Positions 16,025-27,215 of a DNA stretch of 64,000 nucleotides are shown piece by piece. The first letter of the stretch is position 1, and every line of letters begins with the position of its first letter. Where the stretch lies: the NCBI GenBank assembly GCA_036493595.1, contig DASXPN010000073.1:32029-96028 (forward strand), in the 5' to 3' direction. The notes below the pieces were generated by a model that was not told the DNA's origin, ran no database searches, and saw nothing but the letters and a program-made list of their open reading frames with translations. The position numbers were made by a program, and so were the translations under genes. This stretch comes from Acidimicrobiales bacterium (GTDB lineage: Bacteria; Actinomycetota; Acidimicrobiia; Acidimicrobiales; JACDCH01).

Positions 16025-17131
16025 GTGCAGATCGACGCGCGCGCGATGGTCCTCGAGCGGCCGCGAGAGCTGGTGGCTCGATCCTTGCCGGTACCCGAGA
16101 TCGGCGAGGACGACGGCCTGTTAAGGGTCGAGGCGTGTGGTCTGTGCGGCACAGACCACGAGCAGTACACGGGACACATCCCGGCCGGGTTCGCGTTCGT
16201 CCCGGGCCACGAGGTCGTCGGCGTCATCGAGCAACTCGGCACCCGAGCGGCGCAAAGGTGGGCGGTGTCCGCCGGCGATCGTGTCGCCGTCGAGGTGTTC
16301 CAGTCGTGCCGGTCGTGCGACGAGTGCGCAGCCGGTCGCTACCGCCGATGCCGGCGCCACGGTATGGCGGACATGTACGGCTTCATCGACGTCGACAAAC
16401 CCCCGGGCTTGTGGGGTGGCTACGCGACCCACCTGTATCTCGGGCCCGACGCGATGGTGTTGCCGGTTCCGCCCGCGCTCGATCCGGCCCTCGCGACCCT
16501 GTTCAACCCGATTGGTGCGGGGATCCGCTGGGGGGTCACCGTGCCCGCGATGCAGCCGGGCGCGGTTGTCGCCGTGCTCGGCCCGGGCGTGCGTGGCCTA
16601 TCCGTCTGCGCGGCAGCCAAGGACGCGGGCGCATCGCTCGTACTTGTCACCGGTCGCGGCGAGCGCGATGTCGAACGCCTCGAGACGGCCCGTCGCTTCG
16701 GAGCCGACATCACCGTCGACGTCATGAAGCAGGACCCGGTCAAGGTGTTGCGAGCGGCGACCGGGGTGCTGGCGGATGTCGTCGTCGACGTCACCGCGAA
16801 GGCGCCGGCCGCACTCGGCCAAGCCGTCGCGTTGGCTCGCACCGGTGGCACGGTCGTTCTCGCGGGCACCCGCGGCTCGAACGACACTCCTGGCTTCGCA
16901 CCGGATCACATCGTGTACAAGGAGTTGCAGGTCGTCGGCGCGCTCGGCGTCGACTACGCCGCGTACGAGGCCGCGCTCCAGTTGCTGGCGTCGGGACGAT
17001 GGCCGTTCGTCGACGTGTCTCGACGATGTGTGGATCTGGACGGCGTCGAGGTCCTGCTGCGCACGATGGCGGGCGAGACCGATGACGCGCCGCCTGTGCA
17101 TGCGGTGGTCGCGCCGGCGTCCACATCGTGA
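16025..17131 (+). CDS. Zinc-dependent alcohol dehydrogenase (MDR family)
   Basis: Track ORF. Motifs EACGLCGTDHE, GHEVVGVI and CRSCDECAAG (structural Zn). Start is GTG 16025 or ATG 16046. Confidence 0.9.
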   Translation: MQIDARAMVLERPRELVARSLPVPEIGEDDGLLRVEACGLCGTDHEQYTGHIPAGFAFVPGHEVVGVIEQLGTRAAQRWAVSAGDRVAVEVFQSCRSCDECAAGRYRRCRRHGMADMYGFIDVDKPPGLWGGYATHLYLGPDAMVLPVPPALDPALATLFNPIGAGIRWGVTVPAMQPGAVVAVLGPGVRGLSVCAAAKDAGASLVLVTGRGERDVERLETARRFGADITVDVMKQDPVKVLRAATGVLADVVVDVTAKAPAALGQAVALARTGGTVVLAGTRGSNDTPGFAPDHIVYKELQVVGALGVDYAAYEAALQLLASGRWPFVDVSRRCVDLDGVEVLLRTMAGETDDAPPVHAVVAPASTS

Positions 17132-18546
17132 TCCCGCGTGCGACCTTCGCTCGTTCGACATGGATCGTCGCGACGATCGTCGCCGTGTTCCACCTCGCGA
17201 CGGCAGCCGTCTACAGCTACCACCGCGACGAGTTGTATTACCTCGCGTCCGGCCGGCGACTCGCGTGGGGTTACGTCGACCAGCCACCGCTCACCCCGTT
17301 CCTGTATCGAGTGAGTGACACGTTGTTCGGGTCGTCGCTACTCGGCCTGCGGGTCATCCCCGCTTGCCTGCACGCCGGGCTCGTCGTCATCATCGCGCTG
17401 CTCGCGCGAGAACTCGGTGGTGATCACCGCGCTCAGGTCGTGGCCGCGATCGGCGCGGCCGTTGCGCCGATGTTGGTGACGACCGGTCACTTCCTCACGA
17501 CCGTCACGCCCGAGTTGCTGGCGTGGAGCGCGATCACGCTGGTCGTCGTCCACATCATCAACGGTGGCGATCCGAAGTGGTGGCTCGCGGTGGGCGCCCT
17601 GGCGGGGCTCGGCATGCTCGACAAGTGGACGACCGGGTTCCTGCTCGTCGGTTTGACCGTCGGGCTGCTGATCGTGCCCGACCGCGACGTGCTGCGCACC
17701 CCGTGGCTGTGGGCCGGCATCGGCATCGCGTTCGTGATGTGGCTGCCCAACTTGCTGTGGCAGGCAGACCATGGCTGGCCGCAGTTCGAGGTGGCGAGCG
17801 GCCTGCGCAACCCGACCGAGGCACTCTTCACGGCGCCCGGCTCGCTCGTCCTCGCCGGCGCGGCGGTCATCCTCGCCATCCCAGGGTTGTGGTGGCTGAT
17901 CCGGTCCGAGGACGCGTCGCACTACCGCGCGCTGGCGATCGCCTTCGGTGTGATCGTCGTGCTGGTGACGGCGACGCAGGGCAAGCCGTACTACGCGGGC
18001 GTGTTCACCCCCGTGCTGTTCGCGGCGGGAGCCACCGCGGCCGTGACGACGTCGACGACGTGGGTCACCGCGATGGTCGCATGGGGCCTGGTCTCCCTTC
18101 CGCTGGCGCTCCCGATGTTGCCGCTCAGCACGGCTGACGGCGTCCGCCACGTCAACAAGGAGATCACCGAGATGGTGGGCTGGCACCAGCTCGTCGACAC
18201 CGCCGACACCGTCTACGCACAGCATCCGGGAGCAACGGTGCTGACCCGCAACTACGGCGAGGCGGGTGCCATCGAGTTGCTGGGGAAACCGATGGGCATG
18301 CCGCAGCCGATCAGCGGCCACATGACGTACTGGTACTGGGGTCATCCGAGCGGGCGTTCGGCCGACACGATCGTCGTCGGGTACGACGAAGCGACGCTGC
18401 GTCAGTGGTTCGGTGATGTGCAGCTCGCCGCCACCTTCCGTTCACCCGAGGGCATTCACAACGAGGAAGACGGCGTGTCGATCTGGGTCTGCCGCGATCA
18501 GCTCGCCGACTGGGACACGCTGTGGCCTGACATCCGTCACTTCTGA
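17128..18546 (+). CDS. Glycosyltransferase family 39 (ArnT/PMT-like) integral membrane protein
   Basis: Track ORF of 472 aa. GTGA overlap with the ADH stop. N-terminal YHRDELYYLASGRRLAWGYVDQPPLTPFL and many TM segments. Confidence 0.8.
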   Translation: MIPRATFARSTWIVATIVAVFHLATAAVYSYHRDELYYLASGRRLAWGYVDQPPLTPFLYRVSDTLFGSSLLGLRVIPACLHAGLVVIIALLARELGGDHRAQVVAAIGAAVAPMLVTTGHFLTTVTPELLAWSAITLVVVHIINGGDPKWWLAVGALAGLGMLDKWTTGFLLVGLTVGLLIVPDRDVLRTPWLWAGIGIAFVMWLPNLLWQADHGWPQFEVASGLRNPTEALFTAPGSLVLAGAAVILAIPGLWWLIRSEDASHYRALAIAFGVIVVLVTATQGKPYYAGVFTPVLFAAGATAAVTTSTTWVTAMVAWGLVSLPLALPMLPLSTADGVRHVNKEITEMVGWHQLVDTADTVYAQHPGATVLTRNYGEAGAIELLGKPMGMPQPISGHMTYWYWGHPSGRSADTIVVGYDEATLRQWFGDVQLAATFRSPEGIHNEEDGVSIWVCRDQLADWDTLWPDIRHF

Positions 18547-18595
18547 TCCGGGCGTATTGCGCGCTCGAGCCACGGTTGCTGGGTACAAAGGCCGC

Positions 18596-19864
18596 ATGGC
18601 CCTGACCGGAACCGTGCCGGGGCTGCGTTCCGCGCAGCTCAAGGAGCAGCAGCTGGCGATCATGAAGCGGCGCGCCACCGCATTGCTCGGCGCGGTGACG
18701 CTGGTGTTCCTCGCGCTGACTCTGTGGGGTGGCGAGACCACGCTCGCCGGCTACGCGCAGGCGATGGCAGAGGCGTCGATGGTCGGCGGGCTCGCCGACT
18801 GGTTCGCCGTGACCGCGCTGTTCCGCCATCCGCTCGGCATACCCATCCCGCACACCGCGATCGTGGTCGAGCGCAAGCGACAGTTCGGCGAGACGCTCGG
18901 CGAGTTCATCCAGGAGACCTTCCTCACGCGCGAAGTGGTTCTCGAACGCATGCGAGGCGCGGGGGTTGTCAAGCGCGCCGCCGACTGGTTGTGCCAGCCC
19001 GCGAGCGCGGATCGGCTGGCCCGCCATGTGCTCGACGGGGCCGTCGCGCTGGCAGATCTGGTGCGCGACGAGGACGTGCACGCGGCCATCGACGGCGTCG
19101 TGCGCACTCGCATCGAGGAGACGCCGTTGGCGCCGCTCGCGGGACGCGCGCTGCGATTCGTCACCGAGGACGGACGCCACGACGAGGTCGTCGACGCCGC
19201 GTTGCACGGCCTCGATCACTACCTCGACGAACACCGTGAAGAGTTCCGCGCTCGGCTCGCCGCGCAATCGCCGTGGTGGTTGCCGGGCGCGGTCGAGGAT
19301 CGCATCTTCGAGCGGATGCTGGACGGCGTGCGTTCGGTCGTCGACGACATGGTCAAAAATCCCGATCACGATCTGCGACGCCAACTCGACGCTCGACTCG
19401 CCCAGTTCGCGTCCGATCTCGAGACGTCGCCGGAGCTACGGGCGCGTGGCGAGCAGATCAAGCACGACGTGCTCGCGCAGCCCGAGTTGCGAGCTTGGAC
19501 CGCATCGGTCTGGACGGACCTGAAGGCAGCGCTGCGCCTCCAAGCGGCTGACCCCGACTCCCAGCTCCGGCGCAAGCTGGCCGACTCGTTCCGCACGGCG
19601 GGCGCGCGGATGCAGGACGATCCCGTGCTCGCGGGCAAGGCGCAGGATGCGATCGAAGAGGCCGTCGGCTACGTCGTCGACCACTTCAACGGCGAGATCG
19701 CGACCTTGGTCAGCGGGACGATCGATCGGTGGGACGCGGAGGAAACCTCACGCCGGCTCGAACTGCTCCTCGGACCCGACCTGCAATACATCCGTATCAA
19801 CGGCACCGTCGTCGGCGGCCTCGCCGGGCTCCTGCTCCATTTTGTGGCCATCACGATCCACTGA
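18596..19864 (+). CDS. DUF445-family membrane protein
   Basis: Track ORF 18413..19864; ATG 18596 (MALTGTVPGL) lies after the upstream stop. Hallmark GGLADWFAVTALFRHPLGIPIPHTAIV. C-terminal TM. Confidence 0.75.
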   Translation: MALTGTVPGLRSAQLKEQQLAIMKRRATALLGAVTLVFLALTLWGGETTLAGYAQAMAEASMVGGLADWFAVTALFRHPLGIPIPHTAIVVERKRQFGETLGEFIQETFLTREVVLERMRGAGVVKRAADWLCQPASADRLARHVLDGAVALADLVRDEDVHAAIDGVVRTRIEETPLAPLAGRALRFVTEDGRHDEVVDAALHGLDHYLDEHREEFRARLAAQSPWWLPGAVEDRIFERMLDGVRSVVDDMVKNPDHDLRRQLDARLAQFASDLETSPELRARGEQIKHDVLAQPELRAWTASVWTDLKAALRLQAADPDSQLRRKLADSFRTAGARMQDDPVLAGKAQDAIEEAVGYVVDHFNGEIATLVSGTIDRWDAEETSRRLELLLGPDLQYIRINGTVVGGLAGLLLHFVAITIH

Positions 19865-19951
19865 CGGACATCCGACGTCAGGCCCGTTTGACCTGGCCAC
19901 CATTTTGAGTGACGATGACGGAAAATCACTGAGATGACAGGAGTCTTACTG

Positions 19952-20230
19952 ATGTCCATGCGCGTGCTCGCCGATCCCGTCGCCAAAGAGCGCATCCTGC
20001 AGTTCCGATCGGTCCTCGACAGCGGGTTCATCGATGCCATCCAGCGTCTGCTGGTGAGCGGCGACGACCTCGCGCAGCCCTGCTTCTGGGACGGGCCGAA
20101 GGCGAAGGAGTTCGAGGGGATCTGGCCGGGCCTGCGCCAGTCGTTGCTCGATGCCCATCGTGATCTGTCCGAGCTCGCCGGCTCGATCGACCAGATCACG
20201 ACTCAGATCATGGTGGCGGGTGGCGCCTGA
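19952..20230 (+). CDS. WXG100-like small helical protein (possible type VII secretion substrate)
   Basis: Track ORF 19934..20230. ATG 19952 sits 9 nt after AGGAG, giving 92 aa. Central W46-D-G48 (PCFWDGPKAKEF) lies between two helix-prone halves, as in ESAT-6/EsxA-type proteins. Confidence 0.55.
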   Translation: MSMRVLADPVAKERILQFRSVLDSGFIDAIQRLLVSGDDLAQPCFWDGPKAKEFEGIWPGLRQSLLDAHRDLSELAGSIDQITTQIMVAGGA

Positions 20231-20242
20231 CCGCGCCTGACC
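20223..20242. repeat. Perfect 10-bp tandem duplication (gcgcctgacc x2) spanning the WXG100-like stop codon
   Basis: 20223-20232 and 20233-20242 are identical. The stop TGA is at 20228-20230. Confidence 0.9.
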
Positions 20243-20269
20243 GATGATTCCGTGACCGAAACGGTCAGG
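20236..20269. terminator. Hairpin shared by convergent genes (cctgaccg ... cggtcagg; inner tgaccg-aaa-cggtca); candidate bidirectional terminator
   Basis: Arms at 20236-20243 and 20262-20269 are exact reverse complements. There is a tighter alternative stem at 20253-20267. The ferritin-like stop (rc of 20265-20267) is inside the right arm. No U-tract. Confidence 0.3.
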
Positions 20270-20804
20270 TGTTCTCGCCGAGATCGTCGAGGAGGCTCAG
20301 CATGTCGTTCGCATGCTCCTCCTCGACGGCGAGGATCGTCTCCATCAGGCCGCGCGTCGTCGGATCCTTGTCGGCGAGCCATCGGATGATCTCGCTGTAC
20401 GACTCGATGGCGACGCGCTCCGCGACGAGGTCCTCTCGGATCATGTCGCTGAGCGAATCGCCTTCGACGTACTCGGCGTGACTTCGTGACGTGATGCCCT
20501 CCGGGCTGAAGTTGGGTTCACCTTGCAGTTGGGTGATGCGCAACGCGATCTGATCGGCGTGGCCCTGCTCCTCGGTGGCGTGCTGCAGGAACTCGGCGGC
20601 CGCGGCCTGGGCGATGATGCCTTGGGCCATGAAGTAGTGGCGCTTGTAACGGAGGTAGCAGACGATCTCCGTGGCGAGCGCTTCGTTGAGCACTTCGATC
20701 ACGCGGAGGCGATCGGCGCCGTACGCCTCGGTGATCGGACCTTCGTTGATCTTCGCTCGGGCGCGTTCGCGCAAGGTCTGGATGTCGGTCAAGAATTCAG
20801 CCAC
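20265..20804 (-). CDS. Ferritin-like / bacterioferritin-family protein
   Basis: Track ORF 20265..20897. Core is ...[23 protein letters not shown]...[15 protein letters not shown]...[13 protein letters not shown]...EEEHANDM (four-helix-bundle di-iron pattern). GTG 20804 (VAEFLTD) is a more plausible start than the longest ORF. Confidence 0.75.
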   Translation of the reverse strand: MAEFLTDIQTLRERARAKINEGPITEAYGADRLRVIEVLNEALATEIVCYLRYKRHYFMAQGIIAQAAAAEFLQHATEEQGHADQIALRITQLQGEPNFSPEGITSRSHAEYVEGDSLSDMIREDLVAERVAIESYSEIIRWLADKDPTTRGLMETILAVEEEHANDMLSLLDDLGENT

Positions 20805-20905
20805 GAGCGTCAAGCTACCCGCCTGTTCCGTTGTCACACACCGGGGGTAGGGTCGACGTGACCAGGTGGGATCGACCCTCGGCACGGGATGGGACACGCG
20901 GCAAC

Positions 20906-21466
20906 ATGGCCGACCAAGCGACGTTCGTAGAACAGGCGATGCCCTTCATGAGCTCGCTCTACGCCGCCGCGCTGCGCATGACTCGTAACGCTGCGGATGC
21001 CGAGGACCTCGTGCAGGAGACGTACCTCAAGGCGTACCGCGGCTTCGGTGGCTTCGAGGAAGGCACCAACCTCAAGGCGTGGCTCTACCGCATCCTCACC
21101 AACACGTACATCAACACGTACCGGGCGAAGAAGCGCCGTCCCGAAGAGTCCGATCTCGACGATGTCGAAGATCTGTATCTGTACCGGCGACTCGGCGGCC
21201 TCGAGATCGCCGGCCTCGGGCGCAGCGCGGAAGACGATCTCCTCGAGAGCTACACCGACGACGAGGTGAAGTCGGCGCTCGAATCACTGCCCGAACAGTT
21301 CCGCATGGCGGTGTTGCTCGCCGACGTCGAGGGGTTCAGCTACAAGGAGATTGCCGAAATCCTCGATATACCTATCGGTACGGTGATGAGCCGGTTGCAT
21401 CGCGGAAGAAAAGGGCTCCAGAAGAAGTTGTGGGAGTTTGCAGTCGAACGAGGTCTGGTCGCATGA
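20906..21466 (+). CDS. sigH: ECF RNA polymerase sigma factor, SigH/SigR type
   Basis: Track ORF 20831..21466; ATG 20906 ([14 protein letters not shown]). Region 2 [14 protein letters not shown], region 4 [26 protein letters not shown]. Followed by a ZAS anti-sigma gene. Confidence 0.9.
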   Translation: MADQATFVEQAMPFMSSLYAAALRMTRNAADAEDLVQETYLKAYRGFGGFEEGTNLKAWLYRILTNTYINTYRAKKRRPEESDLDDVEDLYLYRRLGGLEIAGLGRSAEDDLLESYTDDEVKSALESLPEQFRMAVLLADVEGFSYKEIAEILDIPIGTVMSRLHRGRKGLQKKLWEFAVERGLVA

Positions 21467-21495
21467 GCGTCCCGGGCCGTTAGAGGACATCTGGC

Positions 21496-21747
21496 ATGGC
21501 TGAAGGCAACTGCAACGATGCGCTCCATGAGCTGTATCACTTCCTCGACGGTGAGCTCACGGACGATCGGCGCACGAGGATTCAGCACCACCTCGACGAT
21601 TGCCCGCCGTGCTACGAGGCGTTCGACTTCGAGGTAGAGCTACGCACAGTGATCGCCAAGCGGTGTCAGGAGACGGTCCCGGAAGACTTGAAGCAACGGA
21701 TCGCCGACGCCATCGATCACGAGGTCTTGCACCCACCTGCCCTCTGA
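21496..21747 (+). CDS. rshA: Zinc-binding (ZAS) anti-sigma factor, RshA/RsrA type
   Basis: Track ORF of 83 aa. N-terminal Cys (NC at residues 5-6) plus the HHLDDCPPC (HxxxCxxC) motif. Confidence 0.9.
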   Translation: MAEGNCNDALHELYHFLDGELTDDRRTRIQHHLDDCPPCYEAFDFEVELRTVIAKRCQETVPEDLKQRIADAIDHEVLHPPAL

Positions 21748-21785
21748 GTTCCGCCGGCGCCCCACCGTCCCATACGATCGCCCTC

Positions 21786-21920
21786 ATGTCCCTGGCGGTC
21801 ATCTGGCATTACTGGATCGGTCTGGTCTTCTTCGTCCTGTCGATCCTCGTGGTTCTCGGTGTGATCGTGGGTTATCTGGTGAAGGTGGAGTCGCTCAAGT
21901 ACCCGAAGGCGCGCCGGTAG
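21786..21920 (+). CDS. Small hydrophobic protein (44 aa, one TM), function unknown
   Basis: Internal ATG of track ORF 21600..21920. MSLAVIWHYWIGLVFFVLSILVVLGVIVGYLVKVESLKYPKARR. It fits exactly between the rshA stop and the next gene. Confidence 0.4.
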   Translation: MSLAVIWHYWIGLVFFVLSILVVLGVIVGYLVKVESLKYPKARR

Positions 21921-21929
21921 TCTCGTCAC

Positions 21930-23003
21930 GTGACCGATCCCGTCGACTGGGCTCTCGCGGAACGTATTGCCGTCCGCGTGAGCGGACGTGAACCGTTCGC
22001 CCAGTCGTACCACTACGCCTCGCTCGAACCCGATTTCGAAGAGCTCACCGCCGAAGCAGAAGAGCTCGTCTTCGAGGCAACGGGTCTGCGGTCGTTGGCC
22101 GGTCCGGCCCGCGCCCGCGTCACCGATCGCGCCGGCTGGGTGCACGCCAACGTCGCGTCGTTCTCACGACTGCTGCGACCTCTCACCGATCGATTGGGCG
22201 AGCGCGTCGGCCAAGGCCGGCTCGCACCTGTCGCTCGTCGCGCGACCGGCGCCGAGCTCGGTCTGCTGCTCGGGTGGATGAGCGCCCGCGTGCTCGGCCA
22301 GTACGACCTGCTGGTGATCGAGGAAGAGAATCCCGACGATCAAGATGTCGTGTACTACGTCGGTCCGAACGTGATCTCGCTCGAGAAGCGCTACGCGTTC
22401 CCGCCCCGTGAGTTCCGCCTGTGGCTCGCGCTGCACGAGGTGACGCACCGGGCGCAGTTCACGGGTGTCCCATGGTTGCGCGAGCACTTTCTTTCACTCG
22501 TCGAGCGCAGTCTCGACGCGGTCGATCCGGATCCTCAGCGGTTCATCACCGCGTTGCGCCGGTGGATCGACAGCTCGCGCGAAGGACACAATCCCTTGGA
22601 GGACGGTGGGCTCGTGGCGTTGCTGGCCAGTCCCGAGCAGGGCGACGTGTTGCGATCGATCAGCGGGATGATGAGCCTGCTCGAAGGCCATGGTGACGTC
22701 ACGATGGACCGTGCCGGTGCCGGCCGTATCCCGAGCGCGGAGCGCTTCAGTCGCGTCCTGCACCAGCGGCGTCAGACCGCGGGCGCGAGCGCGAAGTTCC
22801 TCCAGCGCCTGCTCGGGCTCGAGGCGAAGTTCAACCAGTACGAACAGGGCGAGCGATTCATCCACGCGGTCGAGTCGGTCGGTGGCCCGACGCTGCTCAA
22901 TCGAGCATTCGAGTCGCCCGAGAACCTGCCCGATCTCGACGAGATCCGGAATCCCGACGCCTGGATGAAGCGCATCGGTGCCGGCTCCATCGTGCGGGTC
23001 TGA
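21930..23003 (+). CDS. Zinc-dependent metalloprotease, DUF2342 family (M. tuberculosis Rv3626c-like)
   Basis: Track ORF of 357 aa. HEVTH (HExxH) motif inside WLALHEVTHRAQF. Positioned upstream of tilS as in mycobacteria. Confidence 0.8.
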   Translation: MTDPVDWALAERIAVRVSGREPFAQSYHYASLEPDFEELTAEAEELVFEATGLRSLAGPARARVTDRAGWVHANVASFSRLLRPLTDRLGERVGQGRLAPVARRATGAELGLLLGWMSARVLGQYDLLVIEEENPDDQDVVYYVGPNVISLEKRYAFPPREFRLWLALHEVTHRAQFTGVPWLREHFLSLVERSLDAVDPDPQRFITALRRWIDSSREGHNPLEDGGLVALLASPEQGDVLRSISGMMSLLEGHGDVTMDRAGAGRIPSAERFSRVLHQRRQTAGASAKFLQRLLGLEAKFNQYEQGERFIHAVESVGGPTLLNRAFESPENLPDLDEIRNPDAWMKRIGAGSIVRV

Positions 23004-23008
23004 CCGGG

Positions 23009-23758
23009 GTGGCCACCATCCTCGTGGTTGACGACGAGCCGGACATCCGGATGTTGACGAAGTTGAACCTCGAACGCGACGGTCACACCGTCGTCACTGC
23101 CACTGACGGCGAAGAGGCGCTCGCCGCGGTGCGCGAGGCGCCGCCGGATCTGATCGTGCTCGACGTGATGATGCCGAAGGTCGACGGCTGGGGTGTGCTC
23201 GACGCGCTGAAGAGCGCGCTCGACAAGCCCATCACCGAGATCCCCGTGATCCTGCTGACCGCGCTCGGTGGACCAATGGACCGCGTGAAGGGTGGCATCG
23301 AAGGCGCGGTGCAGTACCTCACGAAGCCGATGGATCTCGAAGCGCTGCGCGCCGCCGTGAACCACGCGCTCAGCGAGCCCGAGATCGGCCAGCGCCGCAA
23401 GGCGCAGCACAGCGCGCTCGAGATGCTGGCGCGCATCGAGCGCAACGCCGCGCCGACCGACGTGAACGCGGCGCCGCGCCCGAGGCTCAGTGCGCTCGAG
23501 CGCGGTCCGGGGCAGAGCCGCCCAGCCCCCGAACCCGAGGTTCACATCGGTGAGGAGCGCATCGCGTCGCTCACCGAGAAGCAGCGCCAGCTCCTTCACG
23601 TCGTGTCGGTGTCGCCGACCATCATGGAGGCGGCGTGCGAGCTTGGCATGAGCCGGTCGAACGTGTACGCCAGCTTGCGACGGATCAATCGCAAGCTCGG
23701 CACCCGATCGGTGCGCGATCTGCTCGACGTCGTGCGCGCCGGCGACGTGTCCATCTGA
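23009..23758 (+). CDS. Response regulator: receiver domain + long linker + C-terminal LuxR/GerE-like HTH
   Basis: Track ORF (GTG start). ILVVDDEPDIR...DLIVLDVMMPKVDG...LTKP. C-terminal LTEKQRQLLHVV...AACELGMSRSNVYASLRRINRKLG. Confidence 0.8.
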   Translation: MATILVVDDEPDIRMLTKLNLERDGHTVVTATDGEEALAAVREAPPDLIVLDVMMPKVDGWGVLDALKSALDKPITEIPVILLTALGGPMDRVKGGIEGAVQYLTKPMDLEALRAAVNHALSEPEIGQRRKAQHSALEMLARIERNAAPTDVNAAPRPRLSALERGPGQSRPAPEPEVHIGEERIASLTEKQRQLLHVVSVSPTIMEAACELGMSRSNVYASLRRINRKLGTRSVRDLLDVVRAGDVSI

Positions 23759-23772
23759 CGGCGGCGGCACTG

Positions 23773-24645
23773 ATGCGTGACCTGCTCGCGCGATGCAGCT
23801 TCCCGCCTGCGGGCTCCCAGGTGATGTGTGCGGTATCAGGCGGGCCCGACTCGATGGCGCTGCTCGTGCTCGCCGTAGAGGCCGGCTGCGACGTGACCGC
23901 GGTGCATGTCGATCACGGTCTGCGACCGGGGTCGGACACCGAAGCCGATGTCGTCGCCGCGACCGCAATGCGGTTCGGTGCCGCGTTCATCTCGCGGACG
24001 GCGGCTATCGCGCCGGGTCCCGACCTCGAGGCGAGAGCGCGGGCGGCTCGGTACGCGATGTTGCCCAGCGGCGTTCTGACCGGTCACACCGCGGACGACC
24101 AAGCGGAGACCGTTCTGCTCAATCTCCTGCGTGGCGCCGGCCTCGACGGGCTGCAGGGCATGGCGCGAGCGAATCGACCGCTGCTGGCGCTGCGGCGGGC
24201 GGAGACGCGAGCGTTGTGCGTGACATTGTCCGTCGACTTCGTCGACGACCCGTCCAACTTGGACCCGAGCATCAGGCGCAACCGCGTTCGTCACGAGCTG
24301 GTGCCACTGCTCGAGGTGATCGCGCAGCGCGATGTCGTACCCGTGCTCGTCCGCCAAACCGAGTTGCTGCGCGACGAAGCCGCCGTGTTGGACGAGCTTG
24401 CAGGAGCGCTCGATCCGACGGACGCGCGCCTGCTCGCAGCGGCACCAGCCGCGCTCGCGCGCCGCGCCGTGCGGTCGTGGCTGCGGGGCGGGACCGATGC
24501 GGAATGCCATCCGCCGGATGCCGCGACCGTCGAACGCGTGCTGGCCGTAGCCCGCGGCGAGACCAAGGGCACGGACGTCGGTGGTGGCCGCCACGTCACG
24601 CGCGCCCGGGGCCGGCTCGTGCTCACGGGTACGGTGCGCTCCTGA
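23773..24645 (+). CDS. tilS: tRNA(Ile)-lysidine synthetase
   Basis: In-frame part of track ORF 23635..24645; first ATG after the upstream stop. PP-loop CAVSGGPDSMAL. HTADDQAETVLLNLLRGAG. Confidence 0.9.
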   Translation: MRDLLARCSFPPAGSQVMCAVSGGPDSMALLVLAVEAGCDVTAVHVDHGLRPGSDTEADVVAATAMRFGAAFISRTAAIAPGPDLEARARAARYAMLPSGVLTGHTADDQAETVLLNLLRGAGLDGLQGMARANRPLLALRRAETRALCVTLSVDFVDDPSNLDPSIRRNRVRHELVPLLEVIAQRDVVPVLVRQTELLRDEAAVLDELAGALDPTDARLLAAAPAALARRAVRSWLRGGTDAECHPPDAATVERVLAVARGETKGTDVGGGRHVTRARGRLVLTGTVRS

Positions 24646-25190
24646 TGGGCGAGCCCGGCGAGTTCATGGACGCACGCGTGGGCGAGGTAGTCGTCAACGA
24701 GGACGAGCTGCGTTCGCGGATCGGCGAGCTCGGCAAGCAGATCACCGACGACTACGCCGGCCGCGCCCCGCTGCTCGTCGGCGTGTTGAAGGGCGCGTTC
24801 GTCTTCATGAGCGACTTGGCTCGTCAGATCGATCTACCGGTCGAGGTCGACTTCATGGCGGTGGCGTCGTACGGCAGCTCGACCAAGACCAGCGGCATCG
24901 TTCGCATCGTCAAGGACCTCGACATCGACCTCACCGGTCGCGACGTGTTGCTGGTCGAGGACATCGTCGATTCGGGCCTCACGCTGCGGTGGCTGCGGCG
25001 CAACCTGCTCACCCGATCGCCCGCCAGCCTCGAGGTGTGCGCCCTGCTGGTGAAGACCGGGCTCCAGCGCGAGGACCCCGACCTCAAGTACATCGGCTTC
25101 CACATCCCGCCCGACTTCGTCGTCGGGTACGGGCTCGATGTCGGCGAGCGTCAGCGCAACCTGCCCGAAGTGAGGTTGTGGCGGCCCTGA
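24645..25190 (+). CDS. hpt: Hypoxanthine-guanine phosphoribosyltransferase
   Basis: C-terminal part of track ORF 23793..25190. ATG overlaps the tilS stop (TGATG). PRPP motif VLLVEDIVDSGLTL. Confidence 0.92.
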   Translation: MGEPGEFMDARVGEVVVNEDELRSRIGELGKQITDDYAGRAPLLVGVLKGAFVFMSDLARQIDLPVEVDFMAVASYGSSTKTSGIVRIVKDLDIDLTGRDVLLVEDIVDSGLTLRWLRRNLLTRSPASLEVCALLVKTGLQREDPDLKYIGFHIPPDFVVGYGLDVGERQRNLPEVRLWRP

Positions 25191-25232
25191 GCCTTTGGGC
25201 GTCGCTCGCGGCGCCGGTAGCCTCTGCCGGGC

Positions 25233-27211
<1,979 letters not shown>

Positions 27212-27215
<4 letters not shown>

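Noticed and set aside
14706-17085. 435-aa plus ORF (14706..16013) and 433-aa plus ORF (15784..17085).
   Set aside because: The first is antisense to the adenylate cyclase. The second is an alternative frame of the Zn-ADH gene, with about 25 percent Arg. The cyclase and ADH frames carry the catalytic motifs.
1-20230. A complete type VII secretion locus linking the FtsK-like ATPase and the WXG100-like gene.
   Set aside because: The 17 kb between them encodes unrelated metabolic and regulatory genes. No EccB/EccD/EccE/mycosin or EsaA/EssA/EssB-like membrane components are present. Only the two isolated hallmarks are reported.
20805-20905. SigH/SigR-type autoregulatory promoter (GGAAT-N18-GTT) upstream of sigH; also looked for upstream of clpC (41770-41897).
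   Set aside because: I could not find a convincing GGAAT...GTT pair at the right spacing by eye in either region, so no promoter is called.
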